Assembly: GCA_002269645.1 (NCBI GenBank)
Contig: NIVC01000184.1
Location: 434,001 to 498,000, forward strand
Reading direction: 5' to 3'
Origin: Macrostomum lignano
Lineage: Eukaryota
DNA: 64,000 nucleotides
In this document: positions 1-10,600 of the stretch, in pieces
Position numbering within the stretch: the stretch's first letter is position 1
How the letters are laid out: each line of letters opens with the position of its first letter
The notes under the pieces: model-generated
Database searches by the model: none
What the model was told of the DNA's origin: nothing
Seen by the model: the letters and a program-made list of their open reading frames with translations, nothing else
Program-made: the position numbers and the translations under genes

Positions 1-1505
1 AGTCAAACGCCTTGCGAAAGTCGACGAAGATGATTGACACGGAGCGCTGGCGGGTCTTGCAGGCCTCGATGACAGAGCGGATGGTGGCAACCTGCTCGGT
101 GGTGGACCTACCCGGGCGGAAGCCGCTTTGGAGGCTCAGCAGCAGCGGGTTGAGGCCGGGCAGCAGGCGGTTGCGCAGAATTGCGTTCAGCAGCTTCGGC
201 GTTGTGCATTCCAGTGCGATGCCCCGCTGGTTGTCCAGGCTGGTGGAGGCGCCTTTCTTCGGGATGGAGACGATCTTGGAGGTGCGCCATTGCTGAGGAG
301 CTGAGGCGGTCTCGTTGCCTCCAAGGCTGCAGTGTTTGTTCAGCAGGCTGGTGATGGTTGGGGTGAGTTCGGGCAGCTTCAGGACCCTGGGAGGGATGGC
401 GTCCACCCCAGCGGCGGCATCAGCTCGCATGGTCCTCAGTGCTCGGTCAACCTCGCCTGCAGTGATGGGGCCGGTGTTGAAGGCGCTCGGCTGGGCTGGA
501 GTGAAGTCCGGGATTGGCAGAAGAGGCGCAGTTGGAGCGGGCGCGTTGAGCACCTCGCGGTAGTGGGCGGCCAGTAGAGCCTTGCGGTGCTCGGTGGAAT
601 CGGCGCCGACGATGGTGCTGGGCCTGGGTTTCCTGCCTGTCAGCTGGTTGATGGCCCTCCAGGCAGCGCTATGGCGGCAGTTGTCAGTGGCGAGTTGGAT
701 TTCGCTCACAACCTCTTCGATGAAGGCTTCAGTCCGTTGGGCGTAGATGCGCTGCAGCTCGTCCCTGGCAGCACTGGACTGGTCGCTGTCATGGCCGTGG
801 AGTGCAGCAGTGCTCTGCACATGCCGCCTTGCCTGGGAGATGACGGGATCGCGGTCCCACAGTGTCTTTGGATGGTTTGCCTGTCTCCGTGGGAGAAGCG
901 CTGCAGCATCCTCAACAGCGTGATGGAAAGACTCGAAGGACTCGGCTGGAGCAGGAGTGGCGGCAAGCAGCTTGCGAAGGAAGGCCTGCCGCGTGTCCGG
1001 GTTTCTCAGGTCGGCCCAGAGCGGGTGAGGTGGCGCAGGCCGGAGCTTTTGCCAGTGCAGGTCGAAGTCGCATGCCACCAGGCGGTGATCAGATTGAACG
1101 CAGTCGGGGCGGATATTGAGGACTCTGCGCACCCTGGACCTCAGACCAATTGGGCAGAGAATCCAGTCCAGCCGAGTGGTTCGCCCGTTGGGACCAGAGA
1201 AAGTTGGGAGCTTGCTGAAGCGCTGTTGCAAGGTGCCGTTGACAGTTATCAGATCTCTGGCCTGGATAAAACTAGATAGAAAAGGAGAGTTGGCATTGGG
1301 GGTGCCACAGCTGTTCTTTACCAAGCGGCCGTCAGCTGGCAGTGGCGAGTTGAAGTCACCAGCGACAATGACAGAATCACGAGCAGGGAGGGAATCAAGC
1401 GTGCAGCCCAGGGTGTCGTAAAGGGCTTCTGTCTCAGATGGATCTTCGCTGGTCCGAGGGGCCGTTGGGGCATAGACGCAGATGACTTGCAGATGAATTG
1501 CAGAC
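1..1505 (-). mobile_element. 5'-truncated non-LTR retrotransposon (RTE-like), AP-endonuclease C-terminal half plus start of RT, running off the window
   Basis: Manual minus-strand translation gives VICVYAPT, VAGDFN, LDWIL and SDHRLV (APE motifs), then IPKKG, RGIAL and QSGFRPGRSTTEQVATIRSVIEACKTRQRSVSIIFVDFRKAFD (non-LTR RT). Missing from the ORF track because it has no stop before the edge. Antisense within an upstream NUDT18 intron. Confidence 0.93.
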
Positions 1506-1620
1506 GCAATTTACATAGCTACCTTGTATTTCAAGCATACTACATTTGTTAAACAATTACTGCTAAAAATTTTAAGAAAATTATACTGTAATTTAACGAG
1601 TGTCACATTTTCACGGTCAG

Positions 1621-4600
1621 GTCTAGACCACGACATTCCAAAGCTGGGTCGCAGCAAAGCTGTGATCGTTTCCGGCATAGTATTCTCTGCCAACCGCGAC
1701 GTTGCAATGATCCAGGAGGCCAAACCATCTGCCCGAGGCCTCTGGTACCTGCCGGCTGGCAGACTCGAACTTAATGAGTCATTGGAAGTAAGCAATAACT
1801 GCAATAGTTATTTACCATTATTTTAAATGATCTGCAAACATTGATCTTTAAAAAGTAAAGCATTAGTGTGCATTCAAGAGAATCATCTTGCCTATCTGAA
1901 ACACTGTTTGTGTCCCTGAAAATATTGTTTAATAAACTTTTTTTACCTAAAGGGCCAGATACAGAATCTAGCACAGGACTGCGGGCCAGAGGGGAGAGGA
2001 AAGGGAAGAGAAAAGAGACGAGAGACGAGAGAGAAGAGAAAAGATATGAGATTTGAAAAGAGAGCTGAGAAGAGACACAAACCTCGAGCGGACCGGATTG
2101 CTATTGTGAAATTTCAAAGGACCCGAGGGCCGGATAGAGAGGCTTGGCGGGCCGGAGTTTCTCGACCCTTGGTTTAAAGCATGTAAATCTTTAATCCTTT
2201 GAATAAATCCTTTCATAATTTATTCAAACCAAAACACTGGTACATCCCAGACCAATGAATCACATTTCCAAACGCTTTGGCATTTGGAACACCAAAAAAG
2301 TAGACAACTTGGAGTATTTCGACTAAAACAGCCAGATGGATGCAGGATGAAGATGTTACCGTGACAAGAGGGTTACAGAGTCGCAGTTTTAGAAACGCGT
2401 CTAAAAAGACTCTCAGACCAAAAACCGACGCTAAAACAGCGCTAATTTTTCTTACGGTATAAAAAATTCCTGCCATTTCGTCTGTTTTCTAGGACGCGGT
2501 CAAGCGCGAATTCCTCGAAGAGGTTGGACTGCAATTCGAGCCACGCCTATTAGTCAGCATCGAATGCCGCGACTGTCATTGGATTCGCGTCAACTTTCTT
2601 GGCGAAATTGTCGGCGGAAAGTTGAAGGCAAGTTTGCTGTTTTTTTTCTTCTAGTCAATTATTTGGCCACAAAACCATCTTCAGTGTATATATACTTAAG
2701 TTAAAAACTTGATTTGCATGTTGACTCTGATAGATTTCTTGTAGTTAATTTAACAAGGAATTATATTTTGCGTTCGCCAACCACACTGCACTGGTCAGAC
2801 GACCTATTAAATTTTGACGCTTGAGGTTGGAGACTAGCTTTGCTTTGGTAGAGGTTGTTGATTAGAGGTTAGTTTTGGCCTTGACCTTTAGAAGTTAGCG
2901 TTGCTTTATACGAGCTACGAGCGTAACACTGAGACTTGGACGCTGACAGACTCGCTCGAATAGCAACAGGTCTGATTCGTCTAAGCGACCCTTTGAAAAC
3001 GTTACCGTGACAAGAATCGCAAAAGAGTCATTGCAAACAACTCACTAGTGAGTGCCTCTGACGACTCTTGTGACTTTTTTACCGACTCAAATGACTGTAG
3101 AGGCGACTGTTGAGCCACGAGCGCATGGTTGTAGAATGGTAAAATGATTCGCGAAAAATTAAATAAGACTAGTAAGAAAAAGTAAGACTAAATTAGAGTT
3201 GCTATACATGTAAATGCGAAATGCGATTCTATAATTCATAAAGTGATGCAGACGCGCTTTTAGACTCCTTGCGTCACCCCAGTGTTGTTTCAGAGTCGCA
3301 AACAATAAAACGCCTCAAACTGACTCTTAGGCGCTGCTTTTGACTGCAGGCGCTCCAATGCAGAGGACGGGCACTCGCTCGGCGTTTTGTCGATTTTCAG
3401 TCTATCTTAATCTTATTTTATGCTATCTCTATCTTAACCAGTCTGTCAGCAAATATGAGCACTATCACGATGCTGTTTGAGATACTTATTTATAAATTAT
3501 TTATATCATACAACCGCAATTTCAACTGCAGAACAAACCGGACGAAGAGTCTCTATGCGCCAAGTGGATCCCGTTGAAAGACGTTATTGGGTAAGTTGAT
3601 TAAGAATGTATAATTACATGTCTACTAGAAGTAGTATGCATTATTTAAACTGTGCACGAAGCAAGTATGTTTAGAAGTTACACGTAACTAATTAAATTAT
3701 TTCAGAGCGCGCATTGAACTTCGGTGAGTTATCAAATTTTGTCTTTAAAAATGTCACACACTCACATATATCTTACATTACTTCTGCATAGCTAATAAAC
3801 TAACCAAATTCAGTTCAGCAGACATAATACCACTGTTAGTATTGGCTAATCATTTGGACACTCGCCGGAAGAAGCCATCGATTCCGCGTCTGCCGTTAGC
3901 AGTCAGCTGGTCGGCGTGTCACGTGCGGCTGTTCATACATTGTCCGGGTGACGCTGTCAGCAGCGATACGGACTCGTCTGTGTCGAAGGTGCTCTGTCGA
4001 GTGCTGCCAGATGGCGCCGGTGCCCGGCTGCCTGTGGTGCGAATGCAGCACCCGGGTAGCTTCGGGGTCCTTGCCGGCACTCTGACTGAAAAGGTGACGT
4101 ACTAACTATAGTTTCTTAATGATTTTTTAGCATTTTAGACCACCGCTTGTCAATATCGAATTTTTAGACAAGTCAATTAGCACTGACATTGTCATCCAAA
4201 GGCACTAAAAGACAAAAATATTCAATTAGTAGTAGTATGATATAAAGGTCTGAGCCACACTTATTGCTCGGGCGCAGTGCGCGCCAGCTCGCTGGATGAC
4301 TCAGCCCCTTATATCACACTACTACTACCAGGAGGTCAGAGTTGCAAGGTGTCTGAGATAAATATATTTTGTGTGAGGGTGTTGAGGGTGAGGGCATGTG
4401 TGGGCATTGGCATGTGGAATATTTCGCAGAACACAGATTTTTCAGAATTTTTATACTTTTAAAAAAGGAGGGCGCCCTCGCCCTCATGCCCTCACTCATT
4501 TTTAAAATCACAAAAATAAGTGAAAAATGACTAAAAACAGGTGAAAATGGTCTGAAAACAGCGATTTTTGTGTTTTTCAAATATTTTGAAAAGGTGCAAT

Positions 4601-7600
4601 TTTCACGATTCCAGCTCTAAAACCATGAGAAAAGTTGGATTCACGGGTCAATTCAATGCAATTTCAGGTATATACAATATGAAAGTGTCATCCAATTTAA
4701 CGATAGTAAATTTTAAATACATAAAATGGCCTTCAGTAAACCATTATTTCCAGGAAATGCTTTAGATATTCAGTCAGCTATAACAAAACTACCACCCATC
4801 TTCTGCACGATACTTTTACTGGGTCTTCTGTTTGCAATTCATTCAGATTGTATGCATGTGTAATGTTCGTCATTTTTGTCTATTTTTAGTAACAGAAAAA
4901 TAGACGAACTGGAGAGAAAGAATTGGTTGCCAAAATCCAAAACCAAAACCAAAGCTAAAACTTTTTTGGTCGGATGATTTGGTCGCGAGTATTGGTCAGA
5001 TTGAAATGTTTAGTGGGTGAGCGGGGGTAGAACCTCTACAGTATCTATTGAAGTGGCAAGTCTACGGGGGTCAGACAATAGCTGGCCATATTGTTGCGGT
5101 GTGAGCTTGTTTGTGTGTAGCGCGAATAGAAGCCCGAATTCCTGTGTTAGTAATCAGACGGTGTCTGCGACCCTTCGGGGCGATCGAGTGAAGTTTGCCT
5201 ACTTGCTTTGCTATAGCCGACCATATTGTTGCAATGCAAACTTGTTTGTGTGTAGCGCGAATAGAACCTCGAATTCCTGTGTCAATGCAATCAGACTGTC
5301 TGCGACCCTTCGGGGCAATTGAGTGAAGTTTGCCTACTCTGCCAAAAAACAACTCTGAGTCATAATGTAAGCAAAGAGGTCATGCAAGTTTCGAACTATT
5401 CAAAAAATACTTTGTGACTTGAAAAATGAAAACTACATGCCTAAATATTTCCTAGAAAAAGTGGAAGCTAATAACCCAAATGTACGAAATGCTCTACCAA
5501 AAAATACTATGATTCTATTATATTTTCTCAAATTAAAACCCACACTCGAAAGTCTCGACTAATTGCAGAAATTGATAAAGCTTACGATGAATATAAAGCA
5601 GAAATATTAAAACACACCGATTGTAAATGTCCCCCATATTTGTATTCATTCAGAGTATATCTTCACATGTTGATAAATGGGCATTGATTTCGAGACAGCA
5701 CATAAGGAATGATGAATTTTTCGTCATGCTGAAATTGAACATTTTCAAACTCCCCATAACCTTTGAGAAGTAAATTAAAACCGATAAAATATATCGTTGA
5801 ATTTATTTTTAATAAAATGGAAGGAAAAAATCAAAACGATTTAAGTGTCTCTCCTGTGATCGTACAGGATCCGCTTCAAAACCATGATGCACCACCACCA
5901 CCAAGATTGACAAATTTAAAACAAACAAAATCGTACGATAAACTAATTAATCTAAAACTAAAACGTAATTTTAGATTTGAAAGTTGCAGTATAACATGGA
6001 ATAGTAAAACAAAGAAAAAAATACCGTCAGGTATCCCAACCAAAGCAGATAGGAATTCAACCTCCCCACCATTTCGACCAGAGGTAGACAACATGATTTG
6101 GATAGATACTCGAAATTCAAATATAACCATAATCGATATTGATAATGCTGACCTATGCCCTAAGTTGAATGAACTGTGTATGACTCATTGTGATTGGATT
6201 GTTCAGACAAACAAGAGTCACCACTTTTACTTTAACAAGGTAGACAGATAAAAGTAACGATTCAACAAAGTGTGGGTTTTGATATTCCGGCTTTAGTATT
6301 TGCTATTATGCCGATGATGAAATTAAGGAATACAAACGTATAAAGCCCGAAGCTTTAATAGACATGCCAGATGTAATTATTAATGAGATAAATAGATTAA
6401 TTTAGCCACAGGATAAAAAACAAAACCAAGAATCCGATAAACAGGCACTAAAAAGCACCGTTCCATCACCCACTTGTGAAGGAGTTTCAAAGTTGTTAAA
6501 TATAATACAACACAAAAACCAAGACTATTATTTTTGGTACAAGGTAGCACTCATACTCCGCGACATAGACAGTGGTGATGAAATTTACAAAGTATTCACT
6601 GATTGGTCAAAAGTAAATTATGATAAGTTCGATTCCGAGTCATGTAAAAAAGTGTGGAATAGCACCAGTGCCAGCTCTGCTGATGCACAGGACAGACTTA
6701 CTATCGGTACGTTGAAGAAATGGGCTAGTGAAGAAAACTATGGTAAATATAAGGAATGGAAAAGCAAATATGATTATTATGGTAGGATTTAGTATCTTGA
6801 TGATAATTTCACTGACGTTAACATACCAACGTTGTTTATGAATATAAGAAGAATAATATAATTTACAATAGCGATGGTATTTACTATTTTGATGATGATA
6901 AGTGGAGAGAACTAAGTAGTATAAATGACATATTTCTTAAAATATCACACCTTGTTAGCAGTGAGCTAAACCACCGAAAGACTAGACTTGAAATTGCAAT
7001 TAAGAAGGCTGATGATAAAGAGAAGTTAAAAGCACTTGAAAAGAAACTAAAGAACACAATGAAGAATATAAATTCAATACAAGGAGCCAACAAACTCAAA
7101 CAGGTAATTACTTTGTTCAAAGAGAGGTTTACTAACAATGAAATTGAATTCGACATGAAATGGAATTTGCTGGGTTTGACGATGGAGTATATGACCTCAT
7201 TACAGGTGAGTTTCGCTAGTATAGATATGACGATTACGTTACTAAATCGGTGGGATATAATTACTCGGATGTACTTAGAGTGAGTGATGACGACTATGGC
7301 TTCATTGTTAATCTGCATAACCAAATCCATCCAGATCCAGAGAACAGAAAGAGTTGGGAATCCGTTATAGCCACAGCTCTAATGGGTAAGAATTTTGAAA
7401 ACTTTATAATGTTTGATGGCGCTGGTGGAAATGGCAAGGGGGTTGAGGACAACCTACTTCTTAGAACTCTAGAATCTGATTATGCAGCACCACTCAGTCC
7501 TGATGTTTTGAATTCACCAATAAGAATAGACAAGCCACAACCAGCCCTAGCACAAATTAATAAAAAGAGGTTGGTTATCAGTCAAGAAGTAGGCGGTGTC

Positions 7601-10600
7601 TTGAACAATGCATCAATAAAATTACTAACTGGTGGTGGGGTTATCCAAGCTACCATGGTAGAAATTTATATTCAAGCCAGTGTAATGTCGTTCTACACGC
7701 AACTCTGATAGTCGAATGCAACAACAAGCCTGACTTCAGACAAAATATTGGAGATGCGGAGAAGAGGAGAATTATCAATGTTAATTACCCGTGCAAATAT
7801 ACAACAGATAACGAAATGATTGATCCTGAGACACACACTTACAAGGCCGATCCATATTTGAAAAGTGAGGAGTTTAAGACTAAATATAAGTTTGCAGAGA
7901 TGAAACACCTACTAGAAATTTTCAAACAAACAAAAGGCGAAATATATCTATCGGAAAACGTAATTGAGAACACTAATGAATTCATACAGAATTGTAATTG
8001 GTTCGCGCACTTCTTTGAAGAGAATTATGAATTTTTAGAAACTGAGGAAAAAAATTTGTGCCTATTAGCGAAATTCACACTGCCGCAAGAGAGAGTGAAT
8101 ATTATAGAAACCTATCTAAATCAGAAAAACTAGAATTTCGACAGCAATGCGTAACTGATTTCTTCAAGAATCACAATGATTATTGTAAGTATTATAAGGA
8201 TAGATATAGGCGTAGGATAGATGGTAAACAACATGAAACTAGAAATGTGTTGCTACAGTGCAAGAAAAAAATAAACGAAGATGTTATCAATGAGATTACA
8301 TTGGTTGATAAAGAATAGATCTTATAGGATCCAAATAATATCTTTTATCATCTAAGTGACTCATTGTTTGTTTCATAATATCACGAATATATATTTTATT
8401 TCTATATTTTATATATTTTACAGTCATGCTTACATGGCTTCTTCTAATCTCTTTGTAATCTGTCAATAGTATGTTTTTAAATGTTTCAAACTTTATATTT
8501 GTACTGCTTTTATCAACTCCCTTGATCTTAACACACTCTCCTGAAACCGTATTGAAAGCATACTCCTTTGACCGCAGGAATACAGCTTCGAAAATTATCG
8601 AGCCATTCATTTGACCTTATTCAACCCGAGTCATTTGATATTCACTGGTAACTTTGATAACATTCTTTGTTTGTTCAAGAATTAGTGCAAAAATTAGTTC
8701 AAGAATTTGTAGCATTGTTAGCTGTATTAACACTTTTGCAATCATTGTACCAACTCCGGAGGCTGCTCCGATACCACCCAAAATTGCTGTTAGTAAGCCT
8801 AATAGAGGAATTATTCCACCTTCATGTTCTTTCTGTTTGTCTTGCAATTTTCGAATCTTCTCTTTAGAAAGATACCGCTTTTGCTTATTGACAGTAACAT
8901 ATCTTGGTTTCCCCTCTCGAACATATCGATTGAGTCTGGCTTCAGTGTTTTTCTCGCTCATTTTTAAGGTCAGAATTTCTTCAAACCATTGCCTTGTCTC
9001 AAAGACACTTGAGACTGTTCTGCTGATCCTAGAGCCTTTTTAACAATATCTTGAATGGCCTTGTTTGATTGTGAAGCTATCTGTTGCTCTTCTTCCATTC
9101 TTTTCTTTGCTTCTTTCTCTCTACGTTTTTTAAAAATATATTCCAGTTCCTCACCTGCTTTAGACATGTCACTGTATATTTTCTTTGCGTCGAATATGTT
9201 TTTAGATGCTGTTGCTGTTTTACCTATGGCATCAGCTCCACTCACAATTTTACTTCCATGATTTGATAAAAAGTTTGTGACACCACTGATCATATCACCG
9301 ATTCCTTCACCCTCTTTATTAACTAGTAGTTGTGAATCAGACGTTTCAATCTGACCTTTCGCCCGTTTGCAGTTTGTTCGGTAAGCGCTCGTTTTTAGTT
9401 GAAAAATTTGCTGGTAGAAGCTGGGATTTGTAAAATGATCCAATAATTTCTTCTCCATTCTCATCCTCAATAATGTAAGTTATGGGATTTGAGTACACAA
9501 ATTTCTTAATCGTAAAAACCTCCAATAATTTTCCAATAACCCTTTCGAACCTTTTCAAAGTGCTCTTTGAATCTATAGATATGAACTTTGTCACCTACTT
9601 TAAAGTTTGGTTTCTCATTTGAAACCTCGAAGGAAGGCTTTGGTACTCGCTCAGGATGTTTAGATGCTTCTGAAGGAGTTATCAGAATCTCTGAATGGAT
9701 TGTGTTGTTGTACTTATCAACAATAGCTGGCAATATGTGGAGCCACTTCTGGTTTCCTTGTAGATCAAATTCAAACCAGAGTTTATTTGTGAGAGTACGA
9801 TTGAACCTCTCAATCATTGCATTCTTAGACTCGCCATAAATTGAAAACATCTTGTTAATATACTCCCCGTTTTCATCTTTCTTTCTTATGTTGTCTTTTG
9901 AAAACGAGTATAGCTTGTACATATGCTAATTATAAAACTCCTTGCCTTCATCTACACAAAGTCTCTCTGATCGTCTTCCTGATTCCTTAAATACTTTTTG
10001 GAAAGCTTCTGCAACTTCCGCTCCCGTCTTTGTTTTCAAAGGAACTGCCCAAGCGTAACGTGTAAAATCATCTATGATAGTGAGTGCATATTTGTAACCT
10101 CTTTCAGGAGGAAGGATTATTATGTCTGCATGCCAAATTGTGTCTTTTGCATAGTGAATCATTTTTCTAAACAGTCTTGGTTTTCTGTTTTCCCTATGCA
10201 GCTTCACAGCATCTTCATAGCTAAGACCCTTTCCATAAATTGTTAGACAGTCTGTACAATTGTTGGGGTTGTGAGTATGAATGCCTAATCCAAACCGAAC
10301 TTTAGCTTTGATAATACGCTTTACTAGATTTCTAATGAGTCTCTCTTTCACAGACAAGTCACTGGTTGGAATAGCATCTAAATCAGTTATCATTGTTTCA
10401 TCAGCAATATGCTTCTTTGCTAGAGCTTCCTCTGGAGTTGAAGACGTTTTTTCAGCATCTCTATAGCTTTTGTCATGATAGTACGAGCGTAAGCAGTCCA
10501 ATCTATTGGGTTAATTGGTAGACTGTCATACCGAGGCCAGTCTGTAATTGGATTGAGTCTTTTGTCTAAATTTGTACCAGGCAGTTGTTCCTCAATCTTT

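Noticed and set aside
12-1421. Plus-strand ORFs such as 587..1279
   Set aside because: Antisense shadows of the GC-rich LINE ORF.
1940-2172. hAT-Charlie-like MITE end (GGGCCGGAGTTTCTCGACCCTTG)
   Set aside because: No matching opposite TIR or TSD found.
5420-5700. Short ORF remnants inside the Polinton
   Set aside because: Too fragmented to assign; not recognisable as a capsid or ATPase.
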